Positions 28,819 to 38,872 of a stretch of 64,000 bases of DNA are shown one piece after another. The stretch covers positions 64,001 through 128,000 of the IMG/VR virus record IMGVR_UViG_3300027741_000024; one strand, given 5' to 3'. The position numbers and the translations under genes are program-made. Within the stretch, counting starts at the first letter, position 1, and each line of letters begins with the position of its first letter. Below the pieces are notes generated by a model. It ran no database searches. It was given only the letters and a program-made list of their open reading frames with translations, and was not told the origin of the DNA. The stretch is from a virus.

Positions 28819-29783
28819 TATCCGCAGTAAAGAAACTTAAAGGTGGTTCCCTTAGTTCCACATACTATATTAAATCTTGTGAACAAGAATGTATCAGTAA
28901 AGAAATTGTTCGTGATCAAAATCGTGAATATGGTTTCGTTCGTTGGTATTCACAACTAAAGAAATTGCAACGATATAATACATTGTATCCTAATCTATTT
29001 CCACAAGTTATTAATGTTGGTGTTGATCACAATAAAGCATTCTTCAAAATAGAATATATGAAAGGTTTTCGTGACATTAAAAATATTCTGACTAACGACA
29101 CTCTGACTGATGAACAAATCTTTCGTATGAGTCAAGCGGTGTGGAAAGGTCTGAATCAACTTCATTCAGTCACACATGATCCAATACCGGGAGCAGGTAA
29201 TTTATATTTTGAAGAAGAAGTACAACAAAAGATAACCGATGCACTTGTTGTGCCAGAGTTTGCTGAGTTTTATTCTTATGGAACATATGAGTATCATGAT
29301 ACAATTGTTCAAGGTATAGGTGCTTCAATAAACGACTTAGAAAATTTCTTTTCCGAGTTAAAGTTGGTACAAGAGGAAAACATTCATGGTAATCCTACAC
29401 TAGAAAACATTTTATATTCATTTGAGGAAGATCGTGTGGTATTTATTGATGTATATGAAGAAAGTATGATTGATACTAGGTTTTTGGACTATGCACAAGT
29501 TTTACAATGCTCACGCAGTAATTATGGTTACATAAATGATAATCAGGTAGATATAGATGGTGTTTCTGTAACTCATAGGTTGCAGATACCAAAGAATTTT
29601 GAAACCTTTAACTATCATTTTGAGTCAGGAATTACCGAAAAAAGAACTAAAGAGATTGTGAACATTTTTGAGGCAACTCAGTTCATTCGTATGCTTCCAT
29701 TCAAAGTTCTGGCAGGTGATATAGATAAAGCAAAGTTCTTTTATATTCAGGCGTGTTATTTGTTAAGTAAGGTATTTAAATGA
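28815..29783 (+). CDS. APH/choline-kinase-fold small-molecule kinase
   Basis: GGSLS glycine loop, IEYMKG, HGNPTLENIL, VVFID. Confidence 0.72.
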   Translation: MISAVKKLKGGSLSSTYYIKSCEQECISKEIVRDQNREYGFVRWYSQLKKLQRYNTLYPNLFPQVINVGVDHNKAFFKIEYMKGFRDIKNILTNDTLTDEQIFRMSQAVWKGLNQLHSVTHDPIPGAGNLYFEEEVQQKITDALVVPEFAEFYSYGTYEYHDTIVQGIGASINDLENFFSELKLVQEENIHGNPTLENILYSFEEDRVVFIDVYEESMIDTRFLDYAQVLQCSRSNYGYINDNQVDIDGVSVTHRLQIPKNFETFNYHFESGITEKRTKEIVNIFEATQFIRMLPFKVLAGDIDKAKFFYIQACYLLSKVFK

Positions 29784-30919
29784 ATGATTTTATGATGGAT
29801 TACGACAAGTTCAAACGGACTTGGACAGTCAAAACAGAATTACCAGTAGAGTTCAAACTAACATACTCTGCTGATATTTTCAATCCTTTGAACCATGACT
29901 TGGTATCGTATAAGACTAACGATAGAGTGATGATTGTTATTGATCAGAATGTTCATAAGTTTTACACTGTAGAATTAATGAACTATTTCAATTCCCATAA
30001 TGTTAAATATTCTATGTTGGTTATTGATACTGACGAAGAAAGCAAGACATGGGAAGATGCAGACTATATTTTACAATTTTTTGAAGATGAAGGAGTGTTA
30101 CGCCGTGAACCGATTATCGCCATTGGTGGTGGTGTCTTGCTTGACATTGTTGGGTTTGCTTGCAGCATATATCGCCGTGGAATCCCTTACATCAAAGTCC
30201 CAACTACTTTACTGGCCATTGTTGATGCTTCCGTAGGGTCGAAGGTAGCAGTTAATCATTTTGAAAGACGCAATCGTCTTGGTGCATACTATCCACCAAT
30301 TGCCACATTGATCGACAAGAAGTTCATTAAGACACAAAGTGAACGTGAAATCGTTAATGGTATTGCTGAGATATTCAAGTTAGCAGTTATCAAATCACCA
30401 GAACTATTCACACTACTTGAAGAGAATGCTGAACTGTTGATTGAAGAGAAGTTTCAGCACGGCGCAGTACCAGTTCGTGTCATCAATCTTGCTATCACAG
30501 ATATGATTGCTGAACTTGGTCCTAATCTATGGGAAAGAAAACTAGATCGATGTGTAGACTTTGGTCACACATTCAGTCCTGTGATTGAGATGACAAATAT
30601 ACCAGAATTATTGCATGGGGAAGCAGTAGCACTTGATTGCTTGTATAGTTCATGTATTGCTTGTCTGCGTGGTTACATAGGTCAGAGTGTTCTCAACAGA
30701 ATATTCAATCTAGCAAAACGATTAAAACTAAAAACATTTCATGAAGGTTTCACAAACATGGAATTACTTCAGAAAAGTTTATCGGACGCAACTAAACATC
30801 GTAATGGTAATCAGTATGCACCGTTGCCAATATATGTGGGTAATTATAAAATTGTGAATGATATTACAAAATCGGAAATGGAATACGCTATCGCACTTTT
30901 TAGGACTTATCATGATTAA
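29780..30919 (+). CDS. sedoheptulose-7-phosphate cyclase, 2-epi-5-epi-valiolone synthase (EEVS) type
   Basis: DHQS-fold GGGVLLD and PTTLLAIVDASVG; EEVS-type MIAELGPNLWE..LDRCVDFGHTFSP; LLHGEAVALD. Confidence 0.85.
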   Translation: MNDFMMDYDKFKRTWTVKTELPVEFKLTYSADIFNPLNHDLVSYKTNDRVMIVIDQNVHKFYTVELMNYFNSHNVKYSMLVIDTDEESKTWEDADYILQFFEDEGVLRREPIIAIGGGVLLDIVGFACSIYRRGIPYIKVPTTLLAIVDASVGSKVAVNHFERRNRLGAYYPPIATLIDKKFIKTQSEREIVNGIAEIFKLAVIKSPELFTLLEENAELLIEEKFQHGAVPVRVINLAITDMIAELGPNLWERKLDRCVDFGHTFSPVIEMTNIPELLHGEAVALDCLYSSCIACLRGYIGQSVLNRIFNLAKRLKLKTFHEGFTNMELLQKSLSDATKHRNGNQYAPLPIYVGNYKIVNDITKSEMEYAIALFRTYHD

Positions 30920-31589
30920 GAAAAATGCTGTGGTGACAGGTTGCAGTTATGGTTTGGGTGCAGAGATTTGTCGTAAATTAATTGACGATGGTTATCATGT
31001 CTATGGTCTATCACGCAGTAAACCACCAGAAAGTTTCTTGAAATTTCCAGAAGATTTTACATGGGTTGAATGTGATATTTCAAGTTACGATGACGTTAGA
31101 TTGGCATTCAAATATATGAACCAATATACCGATATCCTAGTCAATAATGCTGGTGTATTTACTGGTGGAAAGTTTGCAGCACAAAATCATGAAGCAATTG
31201 ATAAAGTTATTGATGTTAATGTCAAAGGTGCGATGTATGTTACCAACGAAGCATTGAAGTGGATGCCATCAGGATCACGCATATTCTTTATTAATTCAGT
31301 TTCTGGTTTGTATGAGATAGAGTATGAAGCAATCTATGGTGCATCTAAACATGCACTCACTGCATTTGCGGGTGTGTTAGGTAAAGAATTGCAAAGTCGT
31401 GGCATCTATGTAACTAGTATTCATCCTGGCAGTATTGAGACTCCGATGCAACGAAATAATCCGAACAATGCACCAGATAAGTTTTTGAAACCAGAAGAGA
31501 TTGCTAATCTGATTTCATTTATTTGTAAGACCGAAAATGTAGAATATAAAACAATCAAACTATTTCCAAGGACAGAATGGCACCAATGA
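30912..31589 (+). CDS. short-chain dehydrogenase/reductase
   Basis: TGCSYGLG, LVNNAG, YGASK, HPGSIET. Confidence 0.9.
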   Translation: MIKKNAVVTGCSYGLGAEICRKLIDDGYHVYGLSRSKPPESFLKFPEDFTWVECDISSYDDVRLAFKYMNQYTDILVNNAGVFTGGKFAAQNHEAIDKVIDVNVKGAMYVTNEALKWMPSGSRIFFINSVSGLYEIEYEAIYGASKHALTAFAGVLGKELQSRGIYVTSIHPGSIETPMQRNNPNNAPDKFLKPEEIANLISFICKTENVEYKTIKLFPRTEWHQ

Positions 31590-32284
31590 AAGATAAAACA
31601 TTATTCATCGTAACATCAGCTTTGAATGCTGATATGGGTGTGGTTAGTCGCACCGACAGGTTTGATCAGACTATGAAAGGTCTGATATCAATTCGTAAGT
31701 ATGTACCTGATGCCATTATTCTTTTAACAGATGGATCGCCTCATGAAATTGAAAAAGCAAAATTAAAAGCAATTTCACACTTTGCTAATTTTGCTGCCGA
31801 TTTTTCTGGCGATGAACAAATAACTGAGTTGGCTATTAATCATCGTAAAAGTGAAGCAGAAAATCTTTTGATGTTGAAAACTTTAATGCTTTTACAACAA
31901 GATGAGGATATGAAAGAAGTTATGAATAATGTTGAACGTATATTCAAGTTATCAGCACGAACTGATCTGACTGATGAATTTAACGTTGAAGAACATATGC
32001 ATCAGGGTAAGTACGTATTTAAGAAAAGGATGCCAACTTGGTTGGAAGATTCTCGTAATGAGTTTGCTACAGACCTACTGATTACACGTATGTTTTCGTT
32101 CTGTCCAACACTGATGAACGATTACATGAAAATGTGTGAAAATAATATTTCACTGATTCTTCAGACTAGAATTGATACGGAACACGCACATTTTGTCAAT
32201 ATTAACAAAGATTTATTAGTAGAATTAGATGAAATTCACTGTACAGGCATCATGGCTGGCACTGGTGCAGTTGAAAATTACTAA
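31577..32284 (+). CDS. hypothetical protein, possibly glycosyltransferase-related
   Basis: LFIVTSA, RFDQT, IFKLSAR, EH motif; coupled to the cluster. Confidence 0.55.
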   Translation: MAPMKDKTLFIVTSALNADMGVVSRTDRFDQTMKGLISIRKYVPDAIILLTDGSPHEIEKAKLKAISHFANFAADFSGDEQITELAINHRKSEAENLLMLKTLMLLQQDEDMKEVMNNVERIFKLSARTDLTDEFNVEEHMHQGKYVFKKRMPTWLEDSRNEFATDLLITRMFSFCPTLMNDYMKMCENNISLILQTRIDTEHAHFVNINKDLLVELDEIHCTGIMAGTGAVENY

Positions 32285-32321
32285 ATAGAAGAAAACGTAA
32301 CCCTGCTGTAGAGGCGGATAA

Positions 32322-34436
32322 ATGAAATTTAGCGATTTTCTGCGTGAGCAGAAAGAAAAACATGCTGTACTGGCATTCGGGCGTATGAACCCGATAACTT
32401 CTGGTCACGAAAAATTAGTCAACAAAGTCAAAGATATTGCCGATAAAGTCGGTGGTTCTCATCACATCGTTCTGTCACATTCACAAGACTCTAAAAAGAA
32501 TCCTCTTACAGCAGCACAAAAAGTCAAGCATGCCAAACGTGCATTTCCCAATACTAATTTTACTGCCGCAAATAAAGATGCACCAACATTCTTTCATCAC
32601 GCAGAGAAACTTCATAAACAAGGTGTAACTCACCTTCATATGGTAGGTGGTTCTGATCGTACAGACGAGTACCATAAACTCTTACACAAGTATAATGGTA
32701 CACATGAAGGTGCTCGGTTTAACTTCAAATCAATCAAAGTCCATTCTGCTGGTGAACGTGATCCTGATGCTGAAGGCACAACTGGTATTTCCGCAAGTAA
32801 GATGCGTGAACATGCCACTAAAGGCAACTTCAAAGAATTCAAAAAAGGTGTACCATCTTCAATGTCTCATGAACATGCTAAACACATGTACAATGATGTT
32901 CGTAAAGGCATGAATCTGCATGAGTCTATTCTAGCAGAAGGTGTACACGATAAAGCAATATTCAAAGCCGTATTTTTAGCAGGTGGTCCAGGTTCTGGTA
33001 AAGATTATGTTCTGTCAAATACACTTGACGGACACGGCATGATTGAAATCAATTCAGATAAAGCATTAGAGTATCTGATGGATAAAGAAAATCTGGATAA
33101 GACTATGCCAGATAACGAAGCAGGACAACGTAATGCAGTTCGCAAAAAGGCTAAAGATATTACAGAAATTCGTAATCGTCTAGCACTTCATGGTCGTAAT
33201 GGCTTAATCATTAATGGCACTGGTGCTGATCCAAAAGAATATGAAGAAATCAAAAAGAAACTAGAGAAGTTAGGTTACGATACTTCAATGATCATGGTTA
33301 ATACCGATGATGAAGTATCAAAAGCCAGAAATGTAGAACGTGGTCAACGTGGTGGTCGTACAGTGCCAGAAGAGATTCGTAAGAAAAAATGGGAAGAAGT
33401 ACAGGCAGCACGTGCTCAGTTTTCTAAAATATTTCGCAACAACTATATTGAATTTGATAACTCTGAAGATTTACGTAATGCATCACCAGATGTTGTCAAA
33501 GCAAAAAAAGAAGAGATGCAACAAATTTTCAAACAGATTCAAAAGTTTGTTGATACGCCTCCAAAAAGTGAACAATCAAAACATTGGATAGCATCAGAGT
33601 TAGGTCAAAAAGACACAGCACCAATTAGCAAAACCGCACAACCTAATACAAATGCAAAAACAAACGATGAGATGAATGCGATGGGTCTTGAGTATTATGG
33701 ATTCGGTCGTTACGGTAAAAATGGTAAAGTTACTCATCGTTCAGTGCATGATCATTTAGTGCCAGTTGAGAAAATTGCTAAAAAAGTCAACGAAGCATTT
33801 GAAGATTTGTTTGAAGAAGAAGAAAAAAAGAAAAAACAAAAACTTATGTCGGATACAAATGGAAAACCAAAAGTGTTTCATTTTCGTATGTCTGCTGCAA
33901 AGGAAGCACATCGTAACAATGGTATAGTTCACAAAGTTGGAAAAACGTATGTTGTTAAAATCAGAGAGGACTTAAATGAAATATCTTCACCAGATAATAA
34001 TGCTATTGAAGCAATTTATGGACAAAATATCTCCACCCCCAGTGCAAAACAACTTGGCAAAGTTGGAACCAACTTTAGACCAAAAGGAAAACCTGCCCTT
34101 GACAAACCAGTCAGTGAGTCGGACAACGGAAGCGGAAGTGAAACCCGCCCGAAAATCACCCTCAACAAAATCAAAGAAAACTGGAACAAGAAAACCCAAG
34201 AGTCCATCGACAAAGGGATAGAACCAGGTCTTTCAATGGCAAGTTCAGGTGAATCACCTGCACGTGATACTGGTGAGAAGTTAAGTAAGAGAGGTAAAGC
34301 AACACAAGTTATACCATCATCAATCACTGAGTTGACTGGTGATGAAACAACTGCATCTATTGGTGATCAAAAAGAAGATGAGTTGAAGAAAAAAGGTATC
34401 TCACTTACAACATTTAAAAAGAGAAACTTTGTATGA
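32322..34436 (+). CDS. HxGH-type cytidylyltransferase-like domain + zeta-toxin-like P-loop kinase domain
   Basis: FGRMNPITSGHEKL, VGGSDR, SASKMR; FLAGGPGSGK, INSD, IINGT; CTS-like MKFSDFLRE; ACTAAATA upstream. Confidence 0.75.
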   Translation: MKFSDFLREQKEKHAVLAFGRMNPITSGHEKLVNKVKDIADKVGGSHHIVLSHSQDSKKNPLTAAQKVKHAKRAFPNTNFTAANKDAPTFFHHAEKLHKQGVTHLHMVGGSDRTDEYHKLLHKYNGTHEGARFNFKSIKVHSAGERDPDAEGTTGISASKMREHATKGNFKEFKKGVPSSMSHEHAKHMYNDVRKGMNLHESILAEGVHDKAIFKAVFLAGGPGSGKDYVLSNTLDGHGMIEINSDKALEYLMDKENLDKTMPDNEAGQRNAVRKKAKDITEIRNRLALHGRNGLIINGTGADPKEYEEIKKKLEKLGYDTSMIMVNTDDEVSKARNVERGQRGGRTVPEEIRKKKWEEVQAARAQFSKIFRNNYIEFDNSEDLRNASPDVVKAKKEEMQQIFKQIQKFVDTPPKSEQSKHWIASELGQKDTAPISKTAQPNTNAKTNDEMNAMGLEYYGFGRYGKNGKVTHRSVHDHLVPVEKIAKKVNEAFEDLFEEEEKKKKQKLMSDTNGKPKVFHFRMSAAKEAHRNNGIVHKVGKTYVVKIREDLNEISSPDNNAIEAIYGQNISTPSAKQLGKVGTNFRPKGKPALDKPVSESDNGSGSETRPKITLNKIKENWNKKTQESIDKGIEPGLSMASSGESPARDTGEKLSKRGKATQVIPSSITELTGDETTASIGDQKEDELKKKGISLTTFKKRNFV

Positions 34437-35614
34437 AAAAGTTTGAACAATTCGTAAAAGAAGAAAATAAATCTGGAGATTCTTCTTTGCATGATTGGTT
34501 TACTAAAAGTAAATCATCAGATGGTAAACCAGGATGGGTTCAGTTGGGTGGGCGATATGCAGGAAAATCGTGTGCCAAACAGCCAGGTCAAACTACTAAA
34601 CCGAAATGCGGTAGTTCAAAGATGGCAGCATCAATGTCAGACAAAGAAGAGGATGCAGCCGCAAAAAGAAAAAGAGCACAGGATCCCAATCCAAATAGAA
34701 GTGGCGCACCAATAAATGTTCCAACAGAAGGAAAACGAAAGATGAAAGAAGAGTGGAGTCAAAAATATAAAAATTCAATTAACTGTTCACATCCTAAAGG
34801 ATTCAGTCAAAAGGCACATTGCGCTGGCAAGAAAAAACAGAATGAATCTACTGATATGGAAATGGTATGCGAAGATTGCGGTATGTGCCAGACACATGGT
34901 AATCATTCACATGATACTTTAGGTGAAGCATGTTGGACAGGATATGAAAAAAAAGGAATGAAAACAATGTTTGGTAAGAAGTATCCTAACTGCGTTAAAA
35001 AAGAAAGTATTGAAGAATATATAGCTAAGAGTGAATGTCCAGAATGTGGTGGACATATGGTTTCAGAAGATGAGTTGACAGAAGAAAAAGATGCCTGTTA
35101 CCATAAAGTAAAATCACGATACTCAGTATTTCCAAGTGCATATGCATCGGGTGCATTGGTCAAGTGCCGTAAAGTGGGTGCTGCCAATTGGGGAAATAAA
35201 ACAAAACAAGAAGCAACTCAATTAATACCGTTCAAGGCATTTATTAACGAAGCCGCCAATGCTGCACAACAGGCAGCGATTGCAATCAATATGAAAAAGA
35301 AAGGCATCAAGCCTAAGAATGAAGAAGTTGAATTGGATGAGACTGAAGCATGGACACGCAAAGAAGGACAGAATTCAGAAGGTGGTTTAAATCATAAAGG
35401 TATTGAATCATATCGTGCTGCACATCCTGGCTCACACTTATCTATGGCTGTAACAACAAAGCCAAGTAAATTGAAAGCAGGTTCTAAGGCAGCAAACAGA
35501 AGAAAATCATTTTGTGCTAGAATGGGTGGCATGAAGAAAAGATTAACATCAGCAAAGACCGCACGTGATCCAGATTCACGTATCAATAAGGCTTTGCGTA
35601 AATGGAATTGCTAA
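34433..35614 (+). CDS. modular probable virion/internal head protein
   Basis: MKKFEQFVKEE; Cys-rich modules CWTGY..PNCVK, DACYHKVK..PSAYASGALVKCRK, SFCARMGG..WNC. Confidence 0.65.
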   Translation: MKKFEQFVKEENKSGDSSLHDWFTKSKSSDGKPGWVQLGGRYAGKSCAKQPGQTTKPKCGSSKMAASMSDKEEDAAAKRKRAQDPNPNRSGAPINVPTEGKRKMKEEWSQKYKNSINCSHPKGFSQKAHCAGKKKQNESTDMEMVCEDCGMCQTHGNHSHDTLGEACWTGYEKKGMKTMFGKKYPNCVKKESIEEYIAKSECPECGGHMVSEDELTEEKDACYHKVKSRYSVFPSAYASGALVKCRKVGAANWGNKTKQEATQLIPFKAFINEAANAAQQAAIAINMKKKGIKPKNEEVELDETEAWTRKEGQNSEGGLNHKGIESYRAAHPGSHLSMAVTTKPSKLKAGSKAANRRKSFCARMGGMKKRLTSAKTARDPDSRINKALRKWNC

Positions 35615-35643
35615 AAAAATTAAAAATAAAATAGGAGACTTAG

Positions 35644-37215
35644 ATGTCAATTTTCAACGATAAAGCACTGAAAGGTGTAGCAGCAGCAGTATCAAAGATT
35701 ATGGATGAAGAACTAAAAGGTAATCAAACTAAAATTGATGCCAATCATAATGGTAAAATTGATGCACAAGATTTTAAACTACTTCGTGCCAAAAAAACTA
35801 TCAAAGAAGATGATGTTGGTTATCAGCATCGCTATTCTGTTAAGAATGGTAAAGCAACTGTACACAATCCCGCAAAAGGTGAAAAGGATGAACCTCATCA
35901 CGTTTATGCTGATAGTGAAGAACATGCGGTTCGTAAACATGCTGCCCAAAATAAACCAACAGTAAAAGAAGAAGTCAAAAAGAATGAATATCACATTGCA
36001 GGAAAACATAAATTTCCTACAAAAGATGAACATGCGGTAACAGTGAAGCACACCGAAAGTGGTCGTGAACATGTTCATAGTGGTAAAGGAAAGTATCTGT
36101 CAAAATTAATTAAGTCGAGATATGACATCAATCATCATTTTGAAAGTGTTGAACTTGATGAGGCATTTCCAACTGTGGCTGATGCTAAAAAACGCATGGC
36201 TGCTGGTAAAACTGCCACTGGTACAGTAACAAAAACAAAAACAGGTTTAGTTCATAATCGTGATTACAAAGACGATGATAATGATGCAGAAGATATGCAA
36301 AAGAAATCAAAAGGTTATGGTGCTCGTCAAAATTTCAAGCGTTCAACCCGTGTCAATGAACAGAAACTTTCTTTTACAGAAATGCTTGAATTGTACAATG
36401 AGGCAGGTGTAGAAGTTATTGCTAAGATTGCTCCACAAACAGTCAAGTTCGGTGACACTGAAGTTGAAGTATTTGATGCTGATAAAATCAACGGCGCTAT
36501 TGAAACTACCGTTGTTGAAGAAGTAGATAACGAAACATTTACCAAAGAAGTTGAAGCACAGAAAGCAAAGAATGCTGGCGGTGGTAAGAAAGCAGATGTT
36601 GCTAAAGCATCCGTACAAGCAGTGAAGCAAGAGGAAGTTGAACAGATTGATGAACTAAAGAAATCGACTGTATCCTCTTACATTCAGAAGAAATTTGGTA
36701 AGATGAGTGATGAACCTGTTTCAAAAAATCAATATGGATATGCCAAAAAAGATGCAAAAGGTATTCAACGTGCTGGTTTGCGTATGAGTGGTATTAAAGC
36801 AACTCAAAAAGAAGAAGTAGAACACTTGGATGAATTGTCGAAGAACACTCTTGGTTCATACATCAAATCAGCATCACACGATGTTGCTGCTAAAGGTGCA
36901 TTCACACGCCATTTTGCTGATAAATCACGTGCTGAAACTGCGGAACAAAAACATGACTTAGCACGTAAAAGCATGAAACAAGCAGATAAAGTTCAAGATG
37001 CTGGCATGAAACGCCGTGCGAATATGGCAAAAGCAGTTGATCGTTTGACCAAAGAAGAAACACAATTAGACGAAAAACTGCCAGCAAGTGCATCCGCTGG
37101 TGATTACATTCATGACTTTGTTCACTCTGACAATCCAAAGTTTGACGGTAAATCAACTAAAGAACGTCAAAAGATGGCATTAGGTGCATTCTACGCTAAG
37201 AACAAAGGTAAGTAA
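35644..37215 (+). CDS. modular probable internal head protein
   Basis: AGGAG RBS; EF-hand-like DANHNGKIDAQDF; repeated EEVE(Q/H)(I/L)DELxK linkers. Confidence 0.6.
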   Translation: MSIFNDKALKGVAAAVSKIMDEELKGNQTKIDANHNGKIDAQDFKLLRAKKTIKEDDVGYQHRYSVKNGKATVHNPAKGEKDEPHHVYADSEEHAVRKHAAQNKPTVKEEVKKNEYHIAGKHKFPTKDEHAVTVKHTESGREHVHSGKGKYLSKLIKSRYDINHHFESVELDEAFPTVADAKKRMAAGKTATGTVTKTKTGLVHNRDYKDDDNDAEDMQKKSKGYGARQNFKRSTRVNEQKLSFTEMLELYNEAGVEVIAKIAPQTVKFGDTEVEVFDADKINGAIETTVVEEVDNETFTKEVEAQKAKNAGGGKKADVAKASVQAVKQEEVEQIDELKKSTVSSYIQKKFGKMSDEPVSKNQYGYAKKDAKGIQRAGLRMSGIKATQKEEVEHLDELSKNTLGSYIKSASHDVAAKGAFTRHFADKSRAETAEQKHDLARKSMKQADKVQDAGMKRRANMAKAVDRLTKEETQLDEKLPASASAGDYIHDFVHSDNPKFDGKSTKERQKMALGAFYAKNKGK

Positions 37216-37216
37216 T

Positions 37217-38872
37217 ATGGCAACGAAGAAAATGAAAATAAATTTCAAGATGCCAACACCGACTGCTGCTGAGAGACTTCATGTTCAACAGCAAAAGAAC
37301 AGGAAGGCCGCTGGTCTTCCTGATCCGTCCGAGTATAAAAAGAAACTTGATGCGATGAAGTCGGAAGAGGTTGAGCAGATTGATGAGATTTCTGCCGAAC
37401 TCAAAGCATCGTATAAATCCAAAGCAAAAGATCAAATAAGACAAGCTAGACCTTTTACTAAAAAGGGTCACAGTGAGTATAGAGATATTGCAAAGAACTT
37501 TATTGCTAAACGTCAAAAAGGTATTGCTAAAGCATCCAAAGTTGAAGAACAATTAGAGAAAAAAGGTCGCTTTGTGTCTGGACCAATAAAGCAACCATTT
37601 AAATCGGATACTATTTTAACTTCGGTAAAAGAAGAACATTTGGTTCACGTTTCCGATGGTAGTAATTCACATTCTAAAGATGTAGAACATGTTAAGGCTG
37701 GTGCAAAAATGCATGGTGGAGTATATCATGATGCTTCCGATAAAGGTGCATTTTTTAAATTTAATTCTCACAATGATGCCAAAAACTTTAAGCATCATGT
37801 AGACAAAGCACCACACAAATCTGTTTATGCAGATTTGCATGAAGAAACTAAAGTTGAAGAAGGAGTTACAATTGGTGGCATGGTTGGTCGTGGAAACATT
37901 CATCAATACGACAGAAATCCTGGTCCAAAAGATGGAAATGAATTAAAGAATGTACCATTTCATGCTAAGACAGAAAAACAAAAGAAGTTGCAGAATGCCT
38001 TAAACAATTTGGGGAAAAAGATGAAAGAGACACATCCAAAACTAAAAGAAGATTATGCGGATCCTATTACGATCATCAAAAAAGGTACAAACATAAAAAA
38101 GAAAATTAGTGCTAATGCATATGATATATTCAAGCATCATGGTTTTCGTAAAGAAGAAAAAGATTCTCATGAGTATGATTACGAAGGCGATATGGCAAAA
38201 TCTGATTTGCGTTCAATTATGCATAATGCCAAAGAATTACATGACATGATTGAAGATGATACAAATCTAGCAGAATGGTGTCAAGCAAAGATTACACTTG
38301 CCGAAGATTATTTGTCAACCGTTGCTAATTACATGCGTTCAGAAATGAATGAAGAAACGATGCAAGAAGATAAGAATGACTATCAGAGAAAGATTGAAAA
38401 GAATAATAAGAACTTTATTGCTGCATCCAAACGTCAAAAGAATCCCCTCACTAATGTTCATACAGCAAAACAAATAGAAAAAAACATGCAGCAGAAACCT
38501 GTAAAAGAAGAAGTAAAAGATGAATATGCACGTAAAGTTGACAAGTATTTAAAAAAGAAATATGGCAAAGATGATGTACCATTCAACAAACCATACAATA
38601 AAGATACTGGAACAACAACTGACAAATCTGGTGCTAAACACACTCCAATGTCCAAAGCAAGACATTTGGCACAACAAATGATGAAAAAAAATGCAGAGAA
38701 ATCTGTTAAAGAATCTGCTGCTGAGCCAACAGAAGGTGAAATGAAAGATAAGCAACAAGGTTATTCACGCAAAGCACAGATTGTGAAAGATATTGCTAAA
38801 GGTAAGAAATCCGACAATTCAGAAAAGTTTCAGAAAGATCCTGAGTTGTCAAGTGAAATTCATAAGACTTAA
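37217..38872 (+). CDS. modular probable internal head protein
   Basis: EEVEQIDEIS; EYDYEGDMAKS..LAEWCQAKITLAEDYL module; basic/acidic blocks. Confidence 0.6.
   Translation: MATKKMKINFKMPTPTAAERLHVQQQKNRKAAGLPDPSEYKKKLDAMKSEEVEQIDEISAELKASYKSKAKDQIRQARPFTKKGHSEYRDIAKNFIAKRQKGIAKASKVEEQLEKKGRFVSGPIKQPFKSDTILTSVKEEHLVHVSDGSNSHSKDVEHVKAGAKMHGGVYHDASDKGAFFKFNSHNDAKNFKHHVDKAPHKSVYADLHEETKVEEGVTIGGMVGRGNIHQYDRNPGPKDGNELKNVPFHAKTEKQKKLQNALNNLGKKMKETHPKLKEDYADPITIIKKGTNIKKKISANAYDIFKHHGFRKEEKDSHEYDYEGDMAKSDLRSIMHNAKELHDMIEDDTNLAEWCQAKITLAEDYLSTVANYMRSEMNEETMQEDKNDYQRKIEKNNKNFIAASKRQKNPLTNVHTAKQIEKNMQQKPVKEEVKDEYARKVDKYLKKKYGKDDVPFNKPYNKDTGTTTDKSGAKHTPMSKARHLAQQMMKKNAEKSVKESAAEPTEGEMKDKQQGYSRKAQIVKDIAKGKKSDNSEKFQKDPELSSEIHKT

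Noticed and set aside
29780-30919. 3-dehydroquinate synthase (aroB) or mycosporine DDGS call
   Set aside because: Active-site segment matches the EEVS pattern; no shikimate genes or ATP-grasp MysC nearby.
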